Shown here in pieces: positions 29,715 to 38,520 of a stretch of 40,989 bases of DNA. Made by a program: the position numbers and the translations under genes. Each line of letters begins with the position of its first letter. The stretch's first letter is position 1. The stretch comes from Candidatus Binatia bacterium (GTDB lineage Bacteria > Desulfobacterota > Binatia > UBA9968): positions 1 through 40,989 of the forward strand of contig JAICEJ010000001.1 of assembly GCA_025924215.1 (NCBI GenBank), written 5' to 3'. The notes under the pieces are model-generated. The model was not told where the DNA came from, made no database searches, and saw only the letters and a program-made list of their open reading frames with translations.

Positions 29715-29989
29715 AAACTAAGACACTCCCTTGTAAGTTGTCGGTAAAGTAGCACAATCTCTGCGCGGCGTAAACGGCACTTAGTTATTGAAAATGCGCC
29801 TTTTGAAAGCATTCTAATTGACCATTCGAACAAAACCACGTAGTGTGAAGCACGTTTTCATGAGCTCAACAGGAACTCACATAGTAGAGATCTGCATTCC
29901 GCCTTGCCAACTGGCGTCATAAGCCTTCCAACAGACAGAAAATCTTCGAAGAGCCGTTTACTCAATCGTGATACAGGGAGCGAAACATC

Positions 29990-30556
29990 ATGTCATTTTA
30001 CATTAGCGAACTCGCCGCGTTCGCAGCCTTTTTCGTGTATGGAAGCTTTTTCGAATGGACTTTACACAAGTATCTCATGCATCAGCCGCGCTGGAAGTAT
30101 CCATTTCGCGCTCATGCATTGGTTCATCATGGTCTCTTCCGCACGGGAACCGATTATTTTCTGTCGGATAAGAAATATATGAGAAAGGTTCGCTTCGCTT
30201 GGTGGAACGCACCGCTGATCATCGCGCTTCACGTTCCTGCAATACTCCTTATACAGAACCTTGTTGGCGCGCCTCTACTCGTCGGCGCGTGCGCGGCGAT
30301 GGCGGTTTATTATGCGCTTTACGAGTATCTGCACTACTGCATGCACATTCCCATGGGGCGGCGCTTCGAGCAAACTCGGTGGTTTCGCTGGCTTGACGCG
30401 CATCATCATATGCATCACAAACGGCACCTGAGCAATCTCAATGTTGTTTTACCGTTGGCTGATGCCGTATTCGGTAGTCTGATAAGCGCAAAAGAAAGAG
30501 TTCCCACTCCGGATCGGCAGCAGGGGGCCTACAGGATGGAAGCGTTGCTCGGTTAA
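29990..30556 (+). CDS. Small integral-membrane di-iron oxygenase of the fatty-acid hydroxylase / sterol desaturase superfamily
   Basis: 188 aa with histidine boxes HKYLMH, HALVHH, HYCMH and HHHMHH, separated by hydrophobic segments. Confidence 0.6.
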   Translation: MSFYISELAAFAAFFVYGSFFEWTLHKYLMHQPRWKYPFRAHALVHHGLFRTGTDYFLSDKKYMRKVRFAWWNAPLIIALHVPAILLIQNLVGAPLLVGACAAMAVYYALYEYLHYCMHIPMGRRFEQTRWFRWLDAHHHMHHKRHLSNLNVVLPLADAVFGSLISAKERVPTPDRQQGAYRMEALLG

Positions 30557-30653
30557 TCGGGGGATTGGGCATTCCGAGCGAGACTCCGGTTCGATGTGCT
30601 TTGCCGCCAGAAGTTCGATAACATTGATCCTGACGATTGTGCCTGGAGGGATT

Positions 30654-31319
30654 TTGCGGCCGATTTCCGACTTAAAGCTGGTTCTCCTCTTGGTAACGGT
30701 CAGCTACCTGGCGGCATGTTCCTTGCCGGCCTCGAGAATCCCTCCTCCTGTAACCGCGCCGCGCGTCAGCCAAACCGGCATCGCGTCATGGTATGGGCCC
30801 GGTTTTCACGGCAAGACTACTGCCAGCGGCGTCATCTATAATCAAGACGACCTCACGGCGGCGCATCAAACATTGCCGCTCGGCACTCGAGTGCTGGTAA
30901 CCAACTTAGAGAATGGCAGATCGATTGAAGTTCTGATCAACGATCGTGGACCCTTCGCGAAGGGAAGGATTATAGACCTGTCCTATGCGGCAGGCAAAAT
31001 CCTCGGCATGATTGGTCCCGGAACCATCCCGGTGCGGATCGAAGTGGTCGGTAGCGGCGCTGACAAAATATCCTTGATTAAAGATTCTCTCGACTATACG
31101 CTTCAGCTAGGCTCATTCTCAGTACTCGAGAATGCTCGCCAGCTGCGCGACCGGGTCGCATCGACGTTTTCGGACGTCGCCATTGTCCCATTGAACACCA
31201 GCACGAGCACGTTTTATCGTGTCCAAGTCGGACAATTTTCAACTCGGTCCAGTGCCGAAGAACAAGCGCGACGGGTGACACAAGCGGGGTACCCGGTTGT
31301 TATTTTAGAGAAGTGGTAG
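30654..31319 (+). CDS. rlpA: Septal ring lytic transglycosylase RlpA (DPBB domain plus C-terminal SPOR domain), lipoprotein
   Basis: GIASWYGPGFHGKTTASGVIYNQDDLTAAHQTLPLGTRVLVTNLENGRSIEVLINDRGPF, plus a SPOR-like YTLQLGSFSVLENARQL...FYRVQVGQF. The lipobox is YLAA|C. I place the start at TTG 30654, after GGAGGG. The longest ORF begins at 30594. Confidence 0.85.
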   Translation: MRPISDLKLVLLLVTVSYLAACSLPASRIPPPVTAPRVSQTGIASWYGPGFHGKTTASGVIYNQDDLTAAHQTLPLGTRVLVTNLENGRSIEVLINDRGPFAKGRIIDLSYAAGKILGMIGPGTIPVRIEVVGSGADKISLIKDSLDYTLQLGSFSVLENARQLRDRVASTFSDVAIVPLNTSTSTFYRVQVGQFSTRSSAEEQARRVTQAGYPVVILEKW

Positions 31320-31547
31320 ATCAGGACGGTCGCAACACCTACGATAACCAAGCAAGTTTTTCTAGGCTCTGGTTAATGTTGCCGGTTTCTCCAGAGGCGG
31401 CGGCGACTCTCTGTCGGGAGGAAGGGCGATTTTACTGCTCAGGCCAAAGTTTCACTCTCAGGTTTATGTTAGACGCGCAGATGACGTGCAGATCGGGTTG
31501 CAGCAAATAGCGATTCGATGCTCTTGATTAGGCAACAAGGCGATTTA

Positions 31548-32534
31548 TCACTGGCCAAGCAGATGATAGCGGCCATCTTCTCTTTTTACGCGTTCGTCGC
31601 GAATTAGCTTCTCCAGATGCGCCTGAACCGAGAATTCCGCCACCCTTTGGAGGCCGGCGGACACATCCACATAGATGGATTGCGTGATATCCCCGATGGT
31701 ATTAAGTCCCTTGCGTAAGGCATCGATCACCTGCTTCTCGCGCATCATCCGATGCCGCAAGTATTCCCTGATCTTTGCCTCCGGTTTACCAACCAGAGGC
31801 CCGTGTCCGGGCAGAATCAGATCGATATTGAACTCCAACAGCCGCTCCAACGATTGCAAGTAATCGGTCATGTTACCGTCAGGCGGGTGAATCACTGCCG
31901 TTCCGTATCCCAAAATATTGTCACCGCTGAACAGCACCCTGTCGCCTGATTCATAGAAACAGCAGTGACCCGATTCATGACCTGGAGTGTGCAGGACTTG
32001 GAGCTCGCCACCACCAAACGGAATCCGGTCTTGGTCATCGTACCGAAAGTCCTCCCCGCCCAGATAGCCTGCGCGCGAACGGTGGATGCCAAGTTTTGCG
32101 CCGGTGCGCTTCTTAAGCGCCAGTGCCCCGCCACAGTGATCGATATGGATATGCGTCAAAAGGATCTTGTCGATTTTTTTGACGCCCATCGCTTCGGCCT
32201 GTTCGATGATGCCATCCATGTTTCCGTCTGAGCTCAGCGCCACATCGATGACAACCGCGCTGTCCTTGCCAACGATATATTGGTTGGTACCCTGCAAGGT
32301 CATCATGCCCGGGTTATCGGCGGTAAAATTCGCGATGTGAGCTGGTTGATTCATTATCGGCCTTTCAGCGGCGGAGATATTTCCACGGAATGATTGCGCA
32401 CTGCCGAAGAGAAGCGCCAGCGAGCCGGGTCCAATTATCCCAAGCGCTTGTCTCCGATTCATCGGCGTTGGTCGGGGAATGCCACCGGTTGGCCCAAGCT
32501 CAATCCCTGAGGCCGTTCGAATCTTTGCTTCCAA
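31548..32534 (-). CDS. MBL-fold metallo-hydrolase with a twin-arginine-type N-terminal signal
   Basis: HIHIDHCGG (HxHxDH), HTPGHESGH and PGHGP motifs, with a winged-helix-like C-terminus. The N-terminal region contains MNRRQALGIIGPGSLALLFGSAQSF. The true start may be ATG 32462. Confidence 0.8.
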   Translation of the reverse strand: MEAKIRTASGIELGPTGGIPRPTPMNRRQALGIIGPGSLALLFGSAQSFRGNISAAERPIMNQPAHIANFTADNPGMMTLQGTNQYIVGKDSAVVIDVALSSDGNMDGIIEQAEAMGVKKIDKILLTHIHIDHCGGALALKKRTGAKLGIHRSRAGYLGGEDFRYDDQDRIPFGGGELQVLHTPGHESGHCCFYESGDRVLFSGDNILGYGTAVIHPPDGNMTDYLQSLERLLEFNIDLILPGHGPLVGKPEAKIREYLRHRMMREKQVIDALRKGLNTIGDITQSIYVDVSAGLQRVAEFSVQAHLEKLIRDERVKREDGRYHLLGQ

Positions 32535-32537
32535 CGA

Positions 32538-35231
32538 TCAGCTTTGTAAAAGTTGCCTGAGCACGAACTCCAAGATTCCGCCGTGACGGTAGTATTCAAG
32601 CTCAGCCGGGGTATCGATGCGGCAAATAACCGTGAACTCTTGAACCTCGCCGTCATCCGTCGTCGCTCTCACGGTAAGAGTTTGTCTCAAGTTGAGGCCG
32701 GCCGAGATGCCGACGATTTCGAAAGTCTCAAAGCCGGTAAGCTTATAATACTTCAGGTTTTCACCAGGTTTGAACTGCAGCGGCACGATTCCCATGCCAA
32801 TCAAGTTACTACGATGAATGCGTTCATAACTCTCGGCGATAACCGCTTTCACGCCTAGCAAGCGCGGGCCTTTGGCTGCCCAGTCACGCGAGGAACCGGA
32901 GCCGTACTCCTTTCCAGCGACAACTATGAGCGGGATGACTTCCTTTTGATACTGCATCGCGGCGTCGTAAATTGACATTTGCTTCTTGTCCGGCAAATGA
33001 ACCGTCACGCCGCCTTCAGTGCCCGGCGCCAGCATATTTTTCAGACGAATATTTGCAAACGTTCCGCGCATCATGACTTCATGATTACCGCGACGGGCGC
33101 CATACTGGTTAAAGTCTTTGGGCAAAACATCATTGTTGGTGAGGTAGCGCGCCGCCGGGCCGTTTCTCTCGATGGAACCCGCCGGCGAAATATGATCGGT
33201 GGTAACCGAATCACCGAGCAACGCTAGTACACGCGCTCCTTTGATCTCCTTGAGCTCGGCCGGGGTTCTCGACATTCCGTCGAAGTAGGGCGCTTCACGC
33301 ACGTATGTCGACTGGGGATCCCAACGGAAGAGCTCGCCCTGCGGCACCGGCATGTTCTTCCACTGCTCATCGCCTTCGGTGGCCTGACTGTATTCCTTTC
33401 TAAACATCTCCGACCGCACCGATTTACGCATAGTCTCTTGAACTTCTTGGGGCGTCGGCCAAATGTCTCGCAAATAAACTGGCTTACCCTCCAAATCATT
33501 TCCCAGCGGTTCGTTATAGAGATCGGTATCCATACTACCGGCTAACGCATAGGCAACTACCAGAGGCGGGGAGGCGAGATAATTGGCGCGGACATTAGGA
33601 TGAATACGGCCTTCGAAGTTTCGGTTGCCGGACAACACCGCAGCGGCTACCAAGTCCCCTTCCTGAATCGCGTTAACCACTGGCTCAGGCAGTGGTCCGC
33701 TATTGCCGATGCAAGTGGTACAGCCATAGCCAACCAGATGAAAACCGATAGTTTCTAAGTACGACAGAAGGCCGCTATCCTTTAGATACTCGGTCACCAC
33801 CTTCGACCCAGGCGCCAGACTGGTTTTCACCCAGGGTTTACTCGCCAGACCCTTCTCTGCCGCCTTTTTGGCCAGCAATCCGGCGCCGATCATGACTGAC
33901 GGATTTGATGTGTTCGTGCAACTCGTGATCGCCGAGATGACAACCGAGCCATGCGTGAGCGCGAACTTGTCGCCATTATTCTGCACAGTGACCGTCTTGT
34001 TGACATCCCCATCCTTCATTAGAGACGGCAGCGCTTCTTTAAATGATTTCTTGCTTTCAGTCAGCGGTATCCTATCTTGCGGCCGGCGCGGACCCGACAA
34101 GCTCGGCACCACCGTTGCCAGATCAAGCTCGAGTGAATCGGTGAACATGGGATCGGGCGAAGAATCGGTGCGGAACATGCCTTGCTCTTTGGCATAGCTT
34201 TCGACTAGGTTGATCAGGTGTCGGTCCCGGCCGGTTAGTTCCAAGTAGCGCAAGGTCTCGTCGTCAATTGGGAAATACCCAATGGTCGCGCCGTATTCAG
34301 GCCCCATGTTGCCGATGGTCGCACGATCGGCCAAGCTCAGACTAGACAAACCCGCGCCGTAAAACTCGACGAACTTCTCAACCACTCCCTTTTTCCTAAG
34401 CATCTGCACAACCGTCAAAACCAGATCCGTTGCGGTTGCTCCCTCCGGGAGTTTGCCGTGCAGCTTAAAACCGATCACTTCGGGGATGAGCATGATGATC
34501 GGCTGGCCAAGCAGCGCCGCTTCCGCTTCGATGCCACCTACTCCCCAGCCGACGACACCCAAACCGTTGATCATGGTCGTGTGCGAGTCGGTGCCGACAA
34601 CGGTATCAGGATACGCGAAGTGCGCGCCGTCTTTTTGCGCGCGGAAAACCACCGGCGCCAAATATTCAAGGTTCACCTGATGGCAAATTCCGGTATCCGG
34701 CGGAATCAGGCGGAAATTGTCAAAAGCCGTTTGACCCCATCTTAAGAATGCATAACGTTCGACATTTCGCTTAAACTCTATTTCCGAATTCTTGTGCAAC
34801 GCATCCGCGCTGCCATAAAAATCGACTTGAACCGAATGATCGATCACCAGATCGACAGGAGCTAGCGGATTGATTTTTTTTGGATCCCCGCCTAATCGCT
34901 TCATCGCCTCGCGCATCGCCGCGAGATCGACCACGGCAGGAACTCCAGTAAGATCCTGCATCAGCACCCGCGCCGGCATAAACGCAATCTCTTTTTCCGA
35001 CTTAACGTTCGGGTTCCAATTTGCGAGCGCTTCAATGTCGCCCTTGGTAACGTGATGGTTGTCTTCCTGCCTTAACAGGTTTTCCAATAAAACCTTGAGA
35101 GAAACAGGCAATCGAGAAATGTTCTGAAAGCCCGCCTTCTCTAGCAAATCGAGCCGGAAAATATCATAGCCTCGATCGCCCACTCTCAGCACCTTGCGCG
35201 TGCCGAAGCTGTCCACATACTTCTGTGCCAT
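32538..35231 (-). CDS. acnA: Aconitate hydratase A
   Basis: 897 aa. Cluster-ligand regions [10 protein letters not shown] and [10 protein letters not shown] are present, and the overall AcnA/IRP architecture is present. Confidence 0.95.
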   Translation of the reverse strand: MAQKYVDSFGTRKVLRVGDRGYDIFRLDLLEKAGFQNISRLPVSLKVLLENLLRQEDNHHVTKGDIEALANWNPNVKSEKEIAFMPARVLMQDLTGVPAVVDLAAMREAMKRLGGDPKKINPLAPVDLVIDHSVQVDFYGSADALHKNSEIEFKRNVERYAFLRWGQTAFDNFRLIPPDTGICHQVNLEYLAPVVFRAQKDGAHFAYPDTVVGTDSHTTMINGLGVVGWGVGGIEAEAALLGQPIIMLIPEVIGFKLHGKLPEGATATDLVLTVVQMLRKKGVVEKFVEFYGAGLSSLSLADRATIGNMGPEYGATIGYFPIDDETLRYLELTGRDRHLINLVESYAKEQGMFRTDSSPDPMFTDSLELDLATVVPSLSGPRRPQDRIPLTESKKSFKEALPSLMKDGDVNKTVTVQNNGDKFALTHGSVVISAITSCTNTSNPSVMIGAGLLAKKAAEKGLASKPWVKTSLAPGSKVVTEYLKDSGLLSYLETIGFHLVGYGCTTCIGNSGPLPEPVVNAIQEGDLVAAAVLSGNRNFEGRIHPNVRANYLASPPLVVAYALAGSMDTDLYNEPLGNDLEGKPVYLRDIWPTPQEVQETMRKSVRSEMFRKEYSQATEGDEQWKNMPVPQGELFRWDPQSTYVREAPYFDGMSRTPAELKEIKGARVLALLGDSVTTDHISPAGSIERNGPAARYLTNNDVLPKDFNQYGARRGNHEVMMRGTFANIRLKNMLAPGTEGGVTVHLPDKKQMSIYDAAMQYQKEVIPLIVVAGKEYGSGSSRDWAAKGPRLLGVKAVIAESYERIHRSNLIGMGIVPLQFKPGENLKYYKLTGFETFEIVGISAGLNLRQTLTVRATTDDGEVQEFTVICRIDTPAELEYYRHGGILEFVLRQLLQS

Positions 35232-35645
35232 TGACTGCTCCTTGTATCTATAACGGAACCTAGGGGAGTCGTCCTATTTTGTAGCTAGCCCGACATCATA
35301 AAGCAACAGGAAGGTTGACAGTTGAGCGGTCCGGAGAAAACCCGAGCTATACGCATCACGGGGCTGCCGCGGCGGGAAAATCTTTTTAAACCTTTATCAA
35401 GTGCCACTTAGGACAGATTAGCCGCCTGGCTCACCCACCGGGAGATGCTGTCTTACGGATTGCCGGCAATTAGTACACCATTTCGCTGGAAACGCGTGAG
35501 AACCGAACCGGAGTGCAATCAGGCTAGAAGCTGCTGACTTTGGAAAGATCAGCGGACAGTTAGCAGAATACGAATAGACTGTTATCGGCAACTCCACTCC
35601 TCTGTTCGAACCTGCTATGCTCAATCATCATTGAACGGAGGACTT

Positions 35646-36458
35646 ATGAACGCATCGTATTTCGCGCGATTATTAATATTGTGTATGTGCATCGCCCTGG
35701 TCGGCGCTTCCGCGGCGGCACAAGCGCAGCCGGCGAAAAGCTATGAGCCCCAGGTCGGCCAAGAAGGTAAGGATGTCGTCTGGGTGCCAACGCCTCAGGC
35801 TCTGGTAGACAAGATGCTCGATATGGCAAAAGTAACCCCTAAAGACTTCGTCATCGATCTGGGTTCGGGTGATGGGCGCACTGTAATTACGGCAGCTAAA
35901 CGCGGCGCCAAGGCTCACGGCATCGAATACAATCCGGACATGGTCGAGCTCGCCAAGCGCAATGCCGCCAAAGAAGGCGTCAGCGATCGAGCCACCTTTG
36001 CTAAAGCGGACTTGTTCGAAAGCGATTTCTCGCAAGCTCAGGTGATCACGATGTTTCTCCTGTCGAGCATCAACATGAAGCTCCGCCCTAAGATTCTCGA
36101 TCTCAAACCGGGAACGCGCATCGTTTCGAATACTTTCGATATGGGAGAATGGAAGGCGGATGAAACGGGCAGGGCCGATAATTGCAACGGTTATTGTACG
36201 GCTTACCTGTGGATCGTGCCGGCGAAGGTAGACGGAACGTGGAAGCTGCCCAACGGTGAGCTGACGCTTAAACAAACCTTTCAGATGATCAGCGGCACTC
36301 TAAAATCTGGCAACGTCGTCACACCGGTCAACGGCAAACTAAACGGCGAGGAGATTAGTTTCACTGCCGGTGAGGGACAATACAACGGACGGGTTAACGG
36401 CAACTCGATGGACGGATCGCTAAAATCCGGCGGCAAATGGAGCGCCACGAAGCGGTGA
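35646..36458 (+). CDS. Class I SAM-dependent methyltransferase with a cleavable-looking Sec signal peptide (paralog 1)
   Basis: ATG at 35646 follows GGAGGA. MNASYFARLLILCMCIALVGASAAAQA|QP is the signal peptide. SAM motif I is VIDLGSGDGRTVITAAKRGAKAHGIEYNP. A roughly 75-aa Gly/Asn-rich beta-type C-terminal extension follows. Confidence 0.75.
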   Translation: MNASYFARLLILCMCIALVGASAAAQAQPAKSYEPQVGQEGKDVVWVPTPQALVDKMLDMAKVTPKDFVIDLGSGDGRTVITAAKRGAKAHGIEYNPDMVELAKRNAAKEGVSDRATFAKADLFESDFSQAQVITMFLLSSINMKLRPKILDLKPGTRIVSNTFDMGEWKADETGRADNCNGYCTAYLWIVPAKVDGTWKLPNGELTLKQTFQMISGTLKSGNVVTPVNGKLNGEEISFTAGEGQYNGRVNGNSMDGSLKSGGKWSATKR

Positions 36459-37582
36459 ATCGTGACCAGAAATCCTCGAGTAAATCAATTCCGCTGACGC
36501 CGACTTCAAGCACCGCATTCTGCTTATCGCTCCAGGTTTGTAGCCGCGCGCGCATCTCAACAGCTCACAAAAACTATGGCCCAAGTCTTTTGACTTGGGC
36601 CATAGTTTCTCTGCTCCTTGGGGGAATGAAAAAAAACCCATCCAACTTCTTGGCACCGCCTAGGAGCGCCAAGCTATCCTGCGCTTCCTTCCTGGACAAT
36701 TGCGCATCGCTAAGGTATGGAGATCGTTTGTCTGCTCTATTCACCGGTCGATACTGTCAGTATCACCGCTCTGGGAGGATTAGAATGATTGTATCGCGTT
36801 TAACTAGCAGTTTATCATTGGCGCTTAGCCTTTCTCTGATTACCGCAATCGGATTTGCCCAGCCGGCAAAGCAATACGAACCGCAGGTCGGCCAAGAAGG
36901 CAAGGATGTCGTCTGGGTGCCAACGCCTCAGGCTCTGGTCGAAAAAATGCTCGACATGGCAAAAGTAACCGCCAAAGATTATGTCATCGATTTGGGTTCG
37001 GGTGATGGCCGCACTGTAATTACGGCAGCTAAACGCGGCGCCAAGGCTCACGGCATCGAATACAATCCGGACATGGTCGAGCTGGCCAAGCGCAATGCCG
37101 CCAAAGAGGGCGTCAGCGATCGAGCCACCTTTGCTAAAGCGGACTTGTTCGAAAGCGATTTCTCGCAAGCTCAGGTAATCACCATGTTCCTCCTGCCCAG
37201 TATCAATCTCAAACTTCGTCCCAAGATCCTCGATTTAAAACCGGGCACGCGCATTGTATCGAATTCTTTTGATATGGAAGAATGGAAGCCTGACGAAACC
37301 GCCAACGCGGAAGGATGCAGCAACTGGTGCACAGCCTACCTTTGGATCGTGCCGGCGAAAGTAAACGGGACGTGGAAGCTGCCTAATGGCGAGCTGACGC
37401 TCAAACAAACCTTTCAGATGATCAGCGGCACTCTAAAATCTGGCAACGTCGTCACACCGGTCAACGGCAAACTAAATGGCGAGGAGATTAGTTTCACTGC
37501 CGGCGAGGGACAATACAACGGGCGGGTTAACGGCAACTCGATGGACGGATCGCTAAAATCCGGCGGCAAATGGAGCGCTACG
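35727..37582 (+). repeat. Tandem direct duplication: 723-bp units at 35727-36449 and 36860-37582 (period 1133 bp)
   Basis: Hand alignment shows identical runs of about 70 nt or more, for example cgcactgtaattacggcagctaaacgcggcgccaaggctcacggcatcgaatacaatccggacatggtcgagct in both copies. Similarity starts exactly at the codons for the mature N-terminus (QPAK) and ends at ...KWSAT. Confidence 0.9.
36571..36608 (+). terminator. Perfect 17-bp-stem hairpin between the two methyltransferase genes (probable terminator)
   Basis: aaactatggcccaagtc / tttt / gacttgggccatagttt, followed by CTCTGCT. The stem is flanked by an A-run and a T-run, so it could act on either strand. Confidence 0.5.
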
Positions 37583-37597
37583 CGGGCTGGGAGGTAA
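36785..37597 (+). CDS. Class I SAM-dependent methyltransferase with a Sec signal peptide (paralog 2)
   Basis: ATG at 36785 follows GGGAGGA. MIVSRLTSSLSLALSLSLITAIGFA|QP is the signal peptide. The mature part is nearly identical to paralog 1. The 116-codon upstream extension in the ORF track crosses the hairpin and is rejected. Confidence 0.75.
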   Translation: MIVSRLTSSLSLALSLSLITAIGFAQPAKQYEPQVGQEGKDVVWVPTPQALVEKMLDMAKVTAKDYVIDLGSGDGRTVITAAKRGAKAHGIEYNPDMVELAKRNAAKEGVSDRATFAKADLFESDFSQAQVITMFLLPSINLKLRPKILDLKPGTRIVSNSFDMEEWKPDETANAEGCSNWCTAYLWIVPAKVNGTWKLPNGELTLKQTFQMISGTLKSGNVVTPVNGKLNGEEISFTAGEGQYNGRVNGNSMDGSLKSGGKWSATRAGR

Positions 37598-37805
37598 GAA
37601 CAATAGCTGGCGGTTAGCTGGTCAAACTTGGTTGCGAGTTGCCGCACGACTGAGAAAGCAGTGCTAGGTGAGGCAGCTGTCCCTAACAATTACCGGCTTA
37701 GCCCAAACGGCAGTCCACTAGACAAGCGACAGCACCTCACACCCATGCATGGGCGGGAACGCTTTTGCCGCTACTAACTTGATTTCTTGCACTGCGGAGA
37801 TGCGC

Positions 37806-37828
37806 GGCTCCGGTTGTCGACCGGAGCC
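37806..37828 (+). terminator. GC-rich hairpin with T-tract downstream of methyltransferase paralog 2
   Basis: ggctccgg / ttgtcga / ccggagcc, followed by TTTACTACATT. Confidence 0.45.
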
Positions 37829-37875
37829 TTTACTACATTGCGTATTGGAAAAGATTGAAAAACGATTTGATGCGA

Positions 37876-38262
37876 TCAGGCCGCAAGCCGATGCGAGCTA
37901 CCGTTTCTAACCTTCTGGTATTTACCTCTTTCTAATCGCTTGACTCTTCCTTCCTTTGCCCATCTGGAAAGCGCCAGTCGAAGGTAAACCGATGGTTTTT
38001 TGGTGCGCGTCGCCGCCTTGATAAATTCCTTGCTGGTAAATGTTTCGGGCAGCCCGCCTAGCACCTCGGCAAGATCTGTTTTTCCGCGTGGTCGACCTTT
38101 TCTTCGCGCATTCCTATTGTGATCATCACGCAGCAGAGCCAGGACGGACTCATAGCGCTTCAACTCTTTCTCCAAGTCGGCTACTTCGAGAGCCTTTTCA
38201 GAGATTGCCACCTTGAGTTCATTTATATTTTCCATAACCGCGGCTTCGAGATTTACTGACAT
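37876..38262 (-). CDS. Hypothetical protein: N-terminal coiled coil, basic linker, C-terminal winged-helix-like segment
   Basis: ATG at 38262 lies 8 nt after AGGAGGT. MSVNLEAAVMENINELKVAISEKALEVADLEKELKRYESVLALL..RRKGRPRGK..FTSKEFIKAATRTKKPSVYLRLALSRWAKEGRVKRLERGKYQKV. I recognise no family with confidence. Confidence 0.5.
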   Translation of the reverse strand: MSVNLEAAVMENINELKVAISEKALEVADLEKELKRYESVLALLRDDHNRNARRKGRPRGKTDLAEVLGGLPETFTSKEFIKAATRTKKPSVYLRLALSRWAKEGRVKRLERGKYQKVRNGSSHRLAA

Positions 38263-38520
38263 AACACGATACCTCCTGGCTGAAGAGTATGTAATCTGGC
38301 GCCTCAACTCAAGACAGCTTCAATATAAAATCACTTTATTTGTAATATTCCTGGATGCGGATCAGCGTAGCATTGCGTCTATTCAAAGTTTGTAGCGGGG
38401 ACGCTACAAACAAAGAATGGCACACCTGAGATCAAATTTTACAGCAGTGAAACATCGCTAATACTCGGCCGCTCCGAGATAGCGTCAGCTCATAGTAATT
38501 AAGGATTAAGCAGGTGGACG

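Noticed and set aside
29827-29831. CGAAC half-site upstream of yebC-ruvCAB that might be a LexA (Cheo-type) box
   Set aside because: The expected GTTC partner at 4-nt spacing is missing; the sequence reads CGAACAAAACCAC. There is no palindrome, so an SOS box is not supported.
35391-35500. Superficial SAM-I riboswitch resemblance (ttatcaag ... gccggcaa) upstream of the methyltransferase genes
   Set aside because: The core conserved elements I remember (the GAGGGA/kink-turn region and the GCCC..GA pseudoknot partner) are absent. It lies about 150-250 nt from the start codon. Methyltransferase genes are not typical SAM-riboswitch targets. An Infernal scan would settle this.
35604-35612. tRNA T-loop-like gttcgaacc
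   Set aside because: The flanking bases do not form a T-stem, and no acceptor or anticodon arms can be drawn. I found no tRNA, rRNA, tmRNA, RNase P or SRP hallmark anywhere in the window by eye.
35418-35624. 68-aa minus-strand ORF in the acnA-methyltransferase spacer
   Set aside because: It has no SD and an unremarkable composition, and it sits where the divergent promoters are expected. It is probably a chance ORF.
36437-36784. 116-codon N-terminal extension of methyltransferase paralog 2 in the ORF track
   Set aside because: It overlaps the end of paralog 1 and runs through the 17-bp hairpin. It has no similarity to paralog 1. A strong GGGAGGA-ATG start at 36785 yields a signal peptide equivalent to the one in paralog 1.
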